Of a stretch of 64,000 nucleotides of DNA, positions 1-12,506 are shown piece by piece (position 1 is the stretch's first letter; every line of letters starts with the position of its first letter). Under the pieces are notes generated by a model. The model did no database searches. It saw only the letters and a program-made list of their open reading frames with translations, and had not been told where the DNA came from. Made by a program: the position numbers and the translations under genes. Source of the DNA: Diplonema japonicum (Eukaryota; Protista; Euglenozoa: Diplonemea); contig OZ025728.1 of NCBI GenBank assembly GCA_964019335.1, forward strand, positions 310,001 through 374,000, written 5' to 3'.

Positions 1-316
1 CCCCCTCACTGGTGTTTGTTTGTTGACCTCGATTGGCAGTTTTCTAATAAAATAAATAAAAAAAGTAGAAAAGAAAAAAAGAAAGTTAGAGTTTTTAGTC
101 CTGTTTTTTTCTAATTTTAAGGGGGGGGGGACCCGATTTTCATCTCTCCTCCGGAATCAATACTGCGCATTCTTTTTTTTCTTATTTTTCACTTTCACAG
201 TAGTTTCCTTTATCCCCCCCCCCCCCGATGGAATCACTAATGCAGGACCAAAAAAAAAGGAGGGGAGCAACTCAATGTGTCATGTTTTCCATTTTCTTTT
301 CTCACTCTCTAAAAGA

Positions 317-1794
317 TCAGCACCCCATGACCCACCCAGGAACGGGGTCATGCACCCCCAAGATGGGGTTGCCAACGCAGGACTGCTTGTTTAGCTGGAC
401 ATAAGGGGCGCCATAGAAGCCTGTCGTCAGCCGCAGTTCGTTGATCAGCCGGTTCCAGTTGGACTTGTCAGTACCGATCCAATGGGTGCAGTGCAGCTCT
501 TGGATGAGGAGGTTCACGAATGAGATCTGTTTTTTTTTTTTTCTTTTTTTTTTTTTTCAGATACCTCCCCCAACATCGATGGCCCGACCAGCATCGCGTA
601 GTCCATTGGGGACCCAACGTTGCTTCTGTTGTTTTTCGTCCAGTGAAAGATCCAGCCTTCTTTTTCATAGTTCTTCGATTCCTCCAGCACACCAGGGTCC
701 TCCGTCGATAGGAAGATGTGCCTCAAATCTGGCTCCTTTTCCCGCAGCTCGGCAGCCGCCTTGAGGTACTCCGGTAGCTCGATGAGTTTCATCTCTTTGT
801 ACTTATCACCGTGGCGAACATGCATTCCTATCATTTTGTTAGGCACTCCATTGGGAAATGTTTCGTCGACCCATTTTTTGAATTTTTCTTGGAACCATGG
901 TTGGGGCTGTCTGAGGAGGTATCTAACTGTCTGTGCCATCCACCATTGGTACCCGTACTGCCTCCACCGGAGCCTGGGGATCAACGACCATTTGTTCCCA
1001 ACATCGCCGGATTTTCGGAGCGGGTTCGAGACCGATCGGGGGCCTTCCTTCTTGATGGTCAACCGGGTGCTGGGCATCATTCTATTCGTCTTTCTGTTGA
1101 GGACCCATGGAGGCATGAGAACCGCACGGTCCCCTGCATCAGAAAGCTTGCAATTTGACGGGGGTATGAAGAAGCACTCCAGCGACGCGGGGTATCGATC
1201 CATTGCATACCACCATGTTTCAGATGTGTCGATAAGAAGAACACGTTCAGTCGCCATTGCATAACCTATCGCTTGCGCTAGTGTGTGTAAGTCAGCCCCC
1301 AAACCGGTATTCCACAGTCTCCACACAACGAAGCGCGTTGAGTTCGCTCTGCAGTCTTTCGGGTGCTGGTGTGCGTAAATAGCCTGTTGCACCTCCTCTG
1401 TCAACGGTAATAGTTTTTCGCTGTTCGGGTTTCGCACTCTGGACTTCCATGCGGAAGGGTAGTCGACAGCTCTTTTACCGTCAGGGAGGCATTTGTACGC
1501 GCGGTCCCGTTGCTTCACATTCACCAAGTACTCCGCGCGGGTGAACCTCAGGCGTTGTTTTTCCCACTCCTCGACCGTCCAACCTGTTTCGTTGCCTTTG
1601 TCTTCTTCTTCGGGGTCTTTGCCTGGGCTTATGAGGTCTTTTGGGTTTAAGAGGGGCGGAGGGTCGAAATAGTCAGCAGCGATGCTTGGTGCGTCTGCAT
1701 TCAGGAACGAGCTCTCCTCAGACGATGCGACGATGCTCCAAAAACAAAACACGGAAGCAGCTGCCATGATCGCGATTTTACTGTTTCGCTTCAT
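317..1794 (-). CDS. Alpha-1,6-fucosyltransferase-like glycosyltransferase (GT23/FUT8 family), 2 exons (1794-565, 526-317)
   Basis: Type II membrane anchor after MKRNSK; motifs TGLGADLH, IGMHVRHGDK, FLSTED. Removing GT..AG intron 527-564 joins ORF 514..1932 in frame to ORF 317..517, which carries SNWNRLINELR. Confidence 0.8.
527..564 (-). other. 38-nt GT-AG intron, poly(A) body
   Basis: GAG|gtatctg(A-run)cag|ATC; restores the reading frame into the conserved GT23 C-terminal motif. Confidence 0.85.
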
Positions 1795-1983
1795 TTTTTT
1801 TTTGTCTTTTTTTCTTCTGTCGTTTTCCCCGCCCCTTCCCCCCCTTCCCGCTCTCCTCCTTTTTTTTTTATTTGTCTGAATTCTCGAAATAGGCAACAAA
1901 CAATAAACATAAAAACAAATACAAAAATTCAATTTGAGTGGGGGGGGGGATTCTTCTTCATAAATAAATAAAATAGAGGGGGT

Positions 1984-2667
1984 CTATTTCTTTTTTTTCC
2001 CCTCGCTTTTGCTACTTGGTTTTCTTCCCACGTTGCTCTGTCTATGTTGGCTCTTAAGCCTCAAAACAAAGATCATGCACAAGGTCGCACCTGTGATGGG
2101 GCCCATCACGAACATCTGCAGTGCAGACGGGTCCCAGTGGTAGTAAAGGAAGTACGCAATGGCGGCAGCCGGGTTCATGCAAGGGGTCCGCCACAAAACG
2201 CTTGCCACAAGGAGGGAAAGGGGGACCGTGTAGGGGGAAGTGAAGTTGCGCTTGATCTGGATGCCGATGCACGCAGTAGCGACAGCGGTTGCAAGGGCCT
2301 CCTTGATGAAGACAGAGGTAGGGTCGTAGCCGTCGCCCTCTCGTGGGAGGCACTCTGTCAGTTCGGGTATGAAATATTCTTGCGGGATGGCTAGCAGTAA
2401 CGCGAACACAACACCCACCTGTGCCATCATCGAGGCAAGCATGGCAAGCAGCCCTGTCCGCCCGCTGCGACCCCTTACAACGTCCATCACTAGCCTCACA
2501 ACAGCGTTTCCGCAACACTCTGATATCAAGCCCGCAAGCAGCAGCCCGGCGAACAAAACCCCCGCCCCTCCCAACCACTCGTTGGACGCCAGGTATCTTT
2601 TCATTAAAAATGCAATCTCCAAAACCCCTGCTGAAACACCGTCTCGGAGCGGGTCGACAGGCGGCAT
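1984..2667 (-). CDS. Divergent major intrinsic protein (aquaporin-like) membrane channel
   Basis: About 6 hydrophobic segments, AQxG-like (MAQVGV), FIKEALAT, CMNPA, GPITGA, basic C-tail. The first NPA box is not recognisable (CGNAV). Confidence 0.6.
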   Translation of the reverse strand: MPPVDPLRDGVSAGVLEIAFLMKRYLASNEWLGGAGVLFAGLLLAGLISECCGNAVVRLVMDVVRGRSGRTGLLAMLASMMAQVGVVFALLLAIPQEYFIPELTECLPREGDGYDPTSVFIKEALATAVATACIGIQIKRNFTSPYTVPLSLLVASVLWRTPCMNPAAAIAYFLYYHWDPSALQMFVMGPITGATLCMIFVLRLKSQHRQSNVGRKPSSKSEGKKKK

Positions 2668-2668
2668 T

Positions 2669-2699
<31 letters not shown>

Positions 2700-2774
2700 T
2701 TTTCCTATTCCTATTACTTTTTTGTTTTTGTTTCCCTCCACCGTTACCAGAAAGAAAACAAAAGAAGAAGAAAA

Positions 2775-3280
2775 AACAAGGGTTGCAATGAACTCGCGAC
2801 TCTCTTCAATGAGTGAACTCTTTCATCCCTCTTTTGTGTCCCCTTTCAAGATTGACGGGTTCTAGAGATACCGGGTAGTTTTTGTTTCTCGCTGCAAACT
2901 AGAATAGAACCGGGATACTCGCAGTCATGCAGGAACCTTAAAGGGTTCCAGACTGCAACGCAGTGTTCCTGAGCTAATTTTGAACAGCTTTTTTCTGTTT
3001 TGCTTGTAAAACCCCCCCCCCCCCCATTGGTTTAAAAAAAAAAAGAAAGAAATCTCGCTAGGATCCATTGGTTTAAGCAATCAAGGCCACCTCACAGCGA
3101 CAGTCTGTATGCAGCATGACCCCTTAGGGGAAGCCCAGAACCGTGCCAGTGCTGCGCTTCAACTGCCCTTCTTGGGAGCTTTTCTTTTTTTTGTTTTTTC
3201 GTAATTCTCGATCGCTTTGAGTGTGTGAGATTCCTTTTTGGGGTCACTTATGAGAGAGATCATGTGTGTGCGGATGAAAA
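2775..3280. repeat. ~500-bp dispersed repeat, copy 1
   Basis: Highly similar to 4615-5104 (aacaagggttgcaatgaactcgcg ... gtgtgtgc(g/a)gatgaaaa); a sub-part recurs at 12729-12831. Confidence 0.9.
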
Positions 3281-4614
3281 TAAGAAAGCAAACTCTTCCC
3301 CCCCTTTTTTTAGATCCCTTTTTGGGAAAAATATAAAGGCGGGCTCGCAGCAGACTCTTTTTTTTCTTTCTTCAAAAACCCCTTTTGATTTTTTGTTTTT
3401 TCTTAAAAAAAGATGAAGACACAAAAGTCTTCAATGTGTATTTCAATGTTACACAAGCTGTAAGTGACCAGGTTGCACATTCTCCACCATGAAATGGAAG
3501 AGGCAAACAAAGGTTGCAATCATCGCTGTGCTCATGCGGTGCAAGCCTGGCCTCTGTCATCATCCAGCTTTGGTCTTGTGCCGAAGTAAGTAATCTCCAA
3601 CACGAATATACTCAAAAACAGATCCTGTGTAGAGTACAGTCTTGCCCTTCGTGAACCTTTCAAAATCCGATAGTGGAATAAAAGGAACCCTTCATTTAAC
3701 ACTGGGGATTATGCCGCAACAAGATTTTGAAAAGGGGAAAGAGTGTACAACTTTGAATCGAACCAGCAACGCCAAATTCGCTGGCAGTTAATGTCGAGGC
3801 TTATCCTTTGGTGCATTCTTTTTCATTCAGCATCTTCGAGACGTGCAATCTTTCCCGTCGCCTTAGGCTTTCTTCCCATCGTTTTTATATCACTCCTGGG
3901 CTATATTTCTCTAAAAACTGGGAGTAAAAATAATGTTGAGCGTGAGAAACAGTGAATCCCAGTGAAAACCCGTCTTGGAAAATAATATTCTTTCTTTACA
4001 CTAAAGAGAAAAAATATATGAGTTAAAGGAGGCCGGTGTTGGCGGCGCCCTGCACAAGAACTGTCTACTTGATTCAGGGGGCGCACCGCGGCCGAGTTGT
4101 AGCTTCTTCTGCGTTCCGCGTCGTGTCCTTAATGCGTGCGGTGTACAGCTCAACCCCAGCCGGTGCGTCCCGGGTAACCAAGATTCTGCGCTCGTGCAGT
4201 TTGCTGCCTGTTCGTCACCCTGAGCATCTGCATTATGTTCTTCCACTCGGGCGCTACCGGTGATGACCGACGAGGAGGTCAACAGCGAACAACACATCTG
4301 ATGTTTTTCTTATATTTTCATGTTATCCCCACCACCTGAAATAAATAAAAATATCTCGCTTAATGTCGATCTCATAAAACAGAAGACAGCCACCTCACGG
4401 CAAAGATCATATGAAGCAACCCTAAGGGGTTGCCAGGATCACCTGTGTCAGGCTGTCCACCGCCCTTCACGAAGCTTTTTAAAAGCAAAACAAAGAGTTA
4501 AAAAGACACTTTCATTGTTACCGCAATGGGCGCCGCTTTGCTACCTTCGTTTAAAGCAATAAAGCAATTTTATAACGCCTCATAAAGAGGACACAGAAAT
4601 TTGCTTATTTTCAG

Positions 4615-5104
4615 AACAAGGGTTGCAATGAACTCGCGGTTCGCATCAAATGAGTGAACTCTTTAAAATTTTCTTTTTTTGCCCCCTTTTCAAATTGACT
4701 CTGGTGGTTTTTGTTTCTTGCTGCAAACTAGAATAGAACCGGGATACTCGTTGTGTCGCAGTCATGCAGGAACCTTAAAGGGTTCCAGACTGCAACGCAG
4801 TGTTCCTGAGCTAATTTTGAACAGCTTTTTTCTGTTTTGCTTGTAAACCCCCCCCCCCCCCCCCCTCCCCCCCATTGGTTTAAAAAAAAAGAAAGAAATC
4901 TCGCTAGGATCCATTGGTTTAAGCAATCAAGGCCACCTCACAGCGACAGTCTGTATGCAGCATGACCCCTTAGGGGAAGCCCAGAACCGTGCCAGTGCTG
5001 CGCTTCAACTGCCCTTCTTGGGAGCTTTTCTTTTTTGTAATACTCGATCGCTTTGAGTGTGAAATCCCGGGTCACTTATGAGAGATCGTGTGTGCAGATG
5101 AAAA
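4615..5104. repeat. ~500-bp dispersed repeat, copy 2
   Basis: Direct repeat of 2775-3280; ends where the split-direct-repeat retroelement begins. Confidence 0.9.
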
Positions 5105-7250
5105 AAAATAATTCTTTATGACTATATGTCTTTGTTGTTCGCACGAGCAAAAAAGGTTTTTTAAAAAGCTGCGAAAGTTTTTTGCTCGGCACAAGTTGCA
5201 TATAGTTATAAAATCATTTTTTGAAAGATAAATATTTGTAACAAAAATAATTCTTTATGACTATATGTCTTTGTTGTTCGCTTCAGGACCCTCTGGGACC
5301 GCGGAACGCGGTGCCGTAACGGCGGGGCCGTGGAGGCGTCTCTCACTACAGGAAGTGGCCTGATCTTGCCCCCGGGGTGCGTAACGCCCCGCGTGAATGG
5401 GTCTGCCTTCTGCTCGTGTGTGGAAACCCACTGGACGTGGAGATTTGCCTGACGCTCCTCTACGAGAGTGTATATGTCAGCAATTATCTTATTTCCCATG
5501 AAGCTAGATGACAGCCCCTTCCGAATCGCGTACACAGCAGGCAGGTTGTCGACCATCAGCGATACCTTGCAGCGGGACCCCCCACGGAGGGCCATGAAAG
5601 CTCCTTCCCGGGCTGCCGCTAGTTCCTTCAGGAAGATGTGACGTGCTTCCCACCGTCCGCAGAACTCTCCCTGCGTCACGTGCTTCACGACGCCTTCATC
5701 CAGCATGACCCCTGCCCAGGCAGTCGACGAAGCGTCAGTCCACACCACCCTCTCAGGTAACTCGTCTGGTCGGGTTCTCCAGGCGTTTCTGGCCAACACC
5801 CAGCGCACGCCTCACGTCAGCCACCGTAGATGGGGGAACGGCCACGGTCTCGTCCCACTTCTGCGGCTCCTTCGCTACCAAGGATGTGGCTTTGCGGAGG
5901 AAACTGATGGCGTGGGGAAGGAAACAGAGAGGATGCCTGGTTGTGTACCGGTGCCAGACGACCCTGCCGAATAGCCGAGAAAACTCCCTCGGGGTACACC
6001 TGCTGTCGCCGCAACCTTCGTCGTTTCTTCAGCCTGCAGAACCTTCTCTACCCACTTCGGAGCCATCCTGTACCGCGCGGACACAAGATCAAAAGCAAGC
6101 CCCAAAGCCTCGAACTCCTGGTTTGGCACGCCCGCACCAGCCTCGTCGAAGTGCAGGTCCACCCCAACCTTCTCGCACCTCTGCAAAAAGCAACCGAACC
6201 TCCCGAGAGCTTCCTCGCGGCTCTGTGCTAGGACGAAGAAGTTGTCAATCCAGCACACACCCTGCTCCTCAGGCAGCAACACCGTGGCGGTCCTCTGCGC
6301 GATAGCTGGCGCCCAACTCCACCCCATCGCCATCACGTCCATCACCACGGTGCTGAACTGGCCCCTCCAGCCAGAAACTCTCGCCCCGAAGAACTTCGCC
6401 ACCGCGGGTGACAGCGGGAACTGGTAAAACCAACTCCTCGCATCCGCCGTCACGACATACCTTGCGCGTAGGAAGCGCTCGATCACCTCCAAGATCGGCG
6501 GCAAAAACATCTGGGGGGGTGGCTTCATCAAGAGGTTCAACTTCCTGCCGTCCTGAACCAGACGGAGATCTCCCGACTTCTTTGGCACGGTGAACAGGGC
6601 CTCCCAAGCGTGGGGCCCGACGGTCAGCTGCCTGTACTGCATGGCGATGTTGGCCACCATGGGGCGCTCGCCCGGCTCTAACCACGCCCACTTCGACGGC
6701 TCTAAGGCTTGCAGACCCCATAGCGGTGGGGGAGCCTGAGTGTCGGGGTTGTCCTGTGGTGAGTCGTCGGCGCTTGGCTCGTCGCGAAAACCCTCCGAGT
6801 CCGCGGAAGACTGCGAGGCTAGGCGTCTGCGCCTTCCGTCGCGGATTCCGGGGAGGTTGACCCCAGTCGTACCCTCGGCGCTTGGCCCTCGATCAGCTCG
6901 GTCGGCTGAGAGTTCCAGCCGATGTCCCGACCCAAGGTGCGAACTCTCCACCCGGTCCCTAACCGTGGGGAGCAGCTCGGAGATGGCCCTTTGAACGGCC
7001 TGCTCGACGAGCCGGTCGACCCTTGTTCTCATAGGGGTCGCCTCACTCCGGCCTGGCGTCTGGCACGGAGGCGGGGAGGTGGGTGATCCAACCCTCTCTC
7101 CACCCGCTTTGGCAGTCTTCGGCGGCATTTTACTTTTTTGTTGTTCGCACGAGCAAAAAAGGTTTTTTAAAAAGCTGCGAAAGTTTTTTGCTCGGCACAA
7201 GTTGCATATAGTTATAAAATCATTTTTTGAAAGATAAATATTTGTAACAA
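5104..7250 (-). mobile_element. Tyrosine-recombinase-class (Ngaro/VIPER/TATE-like) retrotransposon, internally deleted, with split direct repeats A1-body-B1-A2-B2
   Basis: A: 7137-7250 = 5131-5244; B: 5243-5281 = 5104-5142. RT and DIRS-type RNase H inside; no TSD; no YR ORF. Confidence 0.8.
5206..7128 (-). pseudogene. gag-like/RT fusion followed by frameshifted RNase H
   Basis: FTVPKKSGDLRLVQD, ADARSWFYQF, MAMGWSWAP, catalytic-site variant WIDN; RNase H WTDAS...KELAAA...VDN...QKADPFTR in ORF 5206..5808; frameshifts around 5810-5990. Confidence 0.8.
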
Positions 7251-8761
7251 TAAAAGAAGCTTTGAGCATTTCTAAAACTCAGAGGTCTATTAGCGGTTAG
7301 CCCCCCCCCCCCCCCCCCCCCACCTTTTCAACTACAACAAAGGAAACTCAAAGAAATATAAAATTGAACCTGTCGCAGTTTTGTAAAAAATTCTGCCCCC
7401 TTTTCCGTCCTTGAGTTCCCTTCTTCGCCCTTCTCGAACGTTGTATTGTTTTGGTTGAGGTACTTGTTCTTCTCTTTCTTCCTTTAACTTATCCTCGGCC
7501 CAGTTCTTCGCCTTAGCCCTCTGTTCCTGCTTCTCCCTGGCACTTCTGGCTTGCACCGCGAGGTTTGGATGCAGGAGTAAATCTGCTGTCGACGTCACCT
7601 TCGAGGGTGGCAGGCATGCCCAGTTGTAGGATAAAGCATGAGATATGACAAAGTCGATTTCGGGACAATGCACTTCCGATCGGCACTGATATTGAACGTA
7701 GCGTTCTAGCTCGTATCTAATGGTATTGTTCTATTCCCACGGGTGATCCCTGGTGAAGCGGGACCTTCGACCGTTTAACACGTCGTCCTGTGGTCATTTC
7801 CATATGTTGCGGGTATGCTTCCTGAAGATGTTGCGCGTGTCCAGAAGAATGGTGAGCCATCTGAGTCCTGTCCGCTTCCATGTGCTGCCACATCGAAGAA
7901 CATGCGTGCGTGCGTCCTCCATCGCCTGTTGTTGAGCCAGCGCCTCCTCTTGCTGCTCCCTAGCTGTACCCTTCAGCACTCCTGTTGTTGTTTCCGGTCA
8001 TCGTGTGTGAATTTTCTTTTCTTATGTCGTCGCAGAGACGTGACTGTTAGTTACCTGTTAGGTGCTTGAAAGTATGACGCACTGTAAAAAACAAAGAATA
8101 GATATCAAAAGAAAATATTGAGATAGAAAATGGTTACTGTAAAACGAATAATGTCGGGCGGAAAAACTCCCGGACACTAAACAACCCGCCGGGAGTTTTT
8201 CTGGGGAAGATGTTTTTTTTACATATGGGGGGGCAGCAGCTCCTGCTTTTCTTTTTTTCGATACCACTTTTGCATGAAGAGGTTTATTTCTTGTGTAGAC
8301 TCGTATGCCCAAGGCACGTTGAGCAGCTGGCTTGTGAGGCACCCAGCTTTAGTTGCTGAAACTCCTTACTTACACTGGGCCAAGAAGGCCAGAACAAACC
8401 CCTACGAATTTTCCTTCCAGGAGTTTTGCAGTTTGTCGAAAACATTGTATTCAAAAAGAAAGGTACTGGACCTTTATAAAAATTACGTTATCACTTAGTG
8501 ATCCATGTCCACGGTCATCTTTAGTAAAAGGCGAAAGATGAGTTCGTTATGAACAAGAATCGTGAGATGCCTCTCCAAGACAAGACAAACAACCTGTATG
8601 AACTTAAACCATGGCTCAAAAAAGGGGTACGAAAGTTACCAGACTAAAGGGAAAAGTCAAAGCAAAGGAACTCGAACCCACATGCGTCGGAGGTTTTTTC
8701 CCTTTTTTCCTTCTCACCAGCTCTCTGTTCCCCTCATGTGGGACAGCTGAAATGATTTTAA

Positions 8762-10345
8762 CCCCTAAACGCCTGTGTGGACGTTTTTGTCCTTATTTCA
8801 AAATTTGCTTTTTCGCTAAGTACTTTTTTTTGAACACGGCCCCTGGACTTCAAAATATGGCATTATAGAAATACTCCCAAAGGCCTGAAACATATCATTT
8901 CCGTAAAAAGGTGGGCTTAGGACACCTCTAGGTGAAGCGACCAATGAGGAGGGTGTTTTTAATCTTTTTTTTTACACACGCGGTACTTGAGCTCATAGTT
9001 TCTTCCACGAACGGTCGTTTCGGTTCAAAAAAAACAGCGGAATCTGAATCTTTCCATCCCAGAGTACAAAATTTGGCTTGGGTTGGTCCTGTTACTGGGT
9101 TTACGCTCGGCACCGAACATGAAGAGCTACTGGACAACAAATTCTAATTTAACCATCCCGGCTTTTGAGAAAATGAGCAAACCGATTCGTTGACATACAG
9201 CGCTACCTCACCTTTGACAACCTGGAAAACATTTGGAAGGCCTGAAACTGCACCTCATGCACAGGTTTCTTGACATCATTGTCAACCGGTGTAGGACTGT
9301 GCGGACCAAGTGGTTGTCTGTTGACGACAGTGTTATCCCGACAACAATAAAAGTCATGGCACCACGAAAAAGCAACTCGGTGGGCATCAAGGTAATCGCT
9401 ACATGCGACTCATAAAACTGTTACCTGGCGAATTTCAACATTTTCAGCAAGAAGTCCACAACACAGGACCTAGTCATGCGTACTGTCGACTCCTAAGGGT
9501 TTGCTGTCGACCCCTGACCTGCAAGACCAGCTCCAGGGGCTGGAGTTCGGCATATGAAAACCCGGAAGTGGACCATGGTCGTTTTTTATTGGGTCCTGGA
9601 AAGCTGTGTTGCCAACCCCTCCATAATCTGGAAGAAGAGCAGGGAATGTGGCAAAAATTATGGCTTCCCGAGCTTCGAAGAAGAACTTGTTGGCAAGCTT
9701 CTCACCCATGCCCCAAAAACCGATAGCACACACCCCCCGACAACACCGTACCGACCCCCAAGCGCAAACATGCTAGCAATGAGGATTCCCTCACTCAGAA
9801 ATACCCAAAACGTCTCGATTTGACCCTAAATCACACCTCCGAGACCATGATGAACGGAACGAAGGTGAGGAGGGTGCTCTATGCTGTTCCTGGGTGCGGG
9901 AAGAAGGTGCAAACGTGGTGCCCCTGTTGCAAAACCCCCTTATGCAAAACGTGTTTTTTACCCTTGCATGCTACCCCAGCTGGAAAAAAAACTCACAAGT
10001 TGCTTTTTTCATCCCACAGCCCCAAAAAGTCTCCAGACTGACCTCAATCCTAGAGTTCAGGGCACCAAATAGGGCTGAATGCTGCCCTTTTTAGCCCAGC
10101 CATAACACCACGGACCCCCCACGACAAGACCCCCCAAAATCGGACATAAAAAGTACACCTTCAATCCCCCTCTTACACACATAGTTAAGTGTTCTCATCT
10201 GAATCTGGCACCTGGAATTGAAAATTTTAGTACCGTTTACCCTTTCCTTGCACCTTCCTATGGTTGCATGCTGCCCTTTTTTTGAGTATTTAAAGCAACA
10301 ACGAAAATGGGGGGGTACCGTAGATGGGCTCCGGGCGTTTAGGGG
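8762..10345 (+). mobile_element. piggyBac-like DNA transposon, degenerate (element 1)
   Basis: TTAA at 8758-8761 and 10346-10349; 12-bp TIR CCCCTAAACGCC/GGCGTTTAGGGG; transposase relics LSVDDS..GIKV (9233-9415), TRKWTMVVFYW (9554-), CxxC-LC-C-H tail (9820-10041). Confidence 0.85.
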
Positions 10346-10349
10346 TTAA

Positions 10350-12506
10350 CCATTAAAGGACGGAGCGCTAGATATCTAGCGATCAAAAAATTAAAATTTT
10401 TGTATAGGCATTTTAAGTACCATAGACCCTTACCCTTGCACAGAATGACCTAGTTCCGCGATTTCTTTTCCATCGAAAATCACTTTTGGCCCCTAGATTA
10501 ACCTCCAAAAACCTCGAAACCAGTTTTTGGTGGCACGAAAGTGAATATGAGCAGTACTGATTCAGACGAGTTCGGGAGTGCCAGAGGGGACATTCTCACT
10601 GACGATGGGACCTCATCTAGTGCCAGTAGTGACGAGGAGAGTGAAGATATGCCCTGGGAGACCGAGATTACGCAGGTTACGCGTAAGAAGTGGCGGGGCG
10701 TAGCAGGCCCGAATCACCCGTTTCGCACATGAGTGCATCAAGGGTTTTCAAACTGTTCATCCCCATGGTGTTTGTACAATCTCTTTGCACCGTTTGCCAG
10801 GACCACAACCCCGACTTTGACTTCACTGTGGACGATATCTATGAGTTTCTGGCCTTGTGGATGCTCATGGACATCATCCGCAAAGCCGACATAAAAGATT
10901 ACTGGTCGACTGTTCCTTCCCTAGCCACACCCTTTTTGGCAAGCGTAATGAAACGTGTCCGCTTCTTGCGCTTACGACGGTCGTTGCATTTTGGGGAGGG
11001 TGAGGAAACAGATAAGTTGCGAAAAGTAAGATTCCTTCGTCCCTACCTGGCTGCAACACTATTCCCCCGGAAAATCAATCAGTGTTGATGAGAGTATGAT
11101 CAAGTCACACGGTAGGCATCGCTTCAGAGTATTCCAGCCTGCAAAGAGGACACGCTATGGGCTGAAGGTGTACACCGCGGCAGAATCTGACACGGGGTAC
11201 GTGTTCAACTTGTCGATCTACTGTAAAGACCCTGCCAACACCATCGTCCCGAGCTTGTTAGAAAAGCTCTGTCATAAAGGCCACTGGCTCGGCATCGATA
11301 ACTTCTATACAAGCGTTCCCCTTGTACTACAGTTGTGGGAATCTGGATTCCATGTGGTGGGAACAATTCGAAGAAATCGCCGAAATCTGCCTGATCTAGC
11401 CCAAGTGAGGAAACAAGTTGGCCCAGGCAGGCCCAAAAAAGGTACCGTGCGGAGCGACAACAGCTTTTCGACCGTTATGCGCCAGTGTGGAAACATTCAC
11501 TTCATTCTATGGAAAGATAGAAAGAAGGATGTGAGAATGTTATCCACTTTGCCGATTGGTTTGCCTATAGGCACACTCACCCGACGCGACAAGAATGGGC
11601 AAACCAAGAAGGTACCCGCACCACCCCAGGTCTTACTTTACAACAAGATCATGGGCGGCGTAGATCTCGGTGATAGTATAAAGGCTAGATGTATCAGGAC
11701 CGTTCGTGGGAGGAAGTGGACACTGAAGGTGTTCCACCACCTAGTAAATATATCCGCCCTCAACGCCTTTATCCTGTTTAAGCGCCACACCAGTGAAGGA
11801 AAAGGGCAAGTGGACCTCAGTTTTAAGAGTTGGTCGCTGAGGTGAAACAAAACCGCCAAGAAACTGCAAGCACCTGTTCTGCAGGCCCCCGTTGTGCCAG
11901 CACCAGTTCTGCAATAGAGACAGGGGGGGGCAGGGAAGATGTCAGGCGCGATCCCACCAAGGGCCACTGGCAAAAAACTGGATGCAGCAAGACAATGCAC
12001 ACACCACATGCGTGTTTTGGGGGTCCGGGTACAAACTATCTTCATCTGCAAGGCTTGTAACGTGCATCTGTGCCCAGCTTGCTTTGCAGACTATCACGAA
12101 CCAGTGGTTTACCCACCCCAATCTACCCCCTCTGGAGGCCCGGCCACACCGAAGGAACGCCCAAGGTACCAGCGTCTCCAAACACATACCCTTCTCCCCA
12201 GGTCGTCATCTGAGCCAAGTCCCAAAAGCAAAACCCCCCCTAGCACTCCGAGGCCCAAGCGAAAAAAGTAAGGAAGTGTCTAACCTATGGGTGGGTTTTT
12301 ACAATAAATTTCACCTCAATTCCTTATTCTATTCACTTCCCAGGGCCTTTGAGGGGCGTCTGGGGGTGTTTTTTGTCCCTCCTGGGTGATGTATTTTCTT
12401 TTACACACTCGTTCTATGGTTGCATGCTCGAGGATGTTTTAATTTTAGAAAATAAAAAAGTCGATGGTGACCTTTTTTTTGCCCAAAAACCCCCGTCCTT
12501 TAATGG
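10350..12506 (+). mobile_element. piggyBac-like DNA transposon (element 2)
   Basis: TTAA at 10346-10349 and 12507-12510; 14-bp TIR CCATTAAAGGACGG/CCGTCCTTTAATGG; near full-length transposase. Confidence 0.92.
10547..12271 (+). pseudogene. piggyBac transposase with ~3 frameshifts
   Basis: Acidic N-terminus, DYWS...MKRVRF, SVDESM, IDNFYTS, YNKIMGGVDLGD, RKWTLKVF, Cys-rich CKACNVHLCPACFADYH and basic PRPKRKK tail, spread over four ORFs. Confidence 0.88.

Noticed and set aside
7332-8060. Minus-strand ORF fragments with coding-like composition
   Set aside because: Interrupted by stops with no recognisable domain; cannot be assigned.
10547-12271. Transposase and RT frameshifts as programmed recoding or RNA editing
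   Set aside because: No consistent slippery sites; host genes, including the 13.9-kb dynein, are intact, so ordinary decay (or local consensus error) is sufficient.
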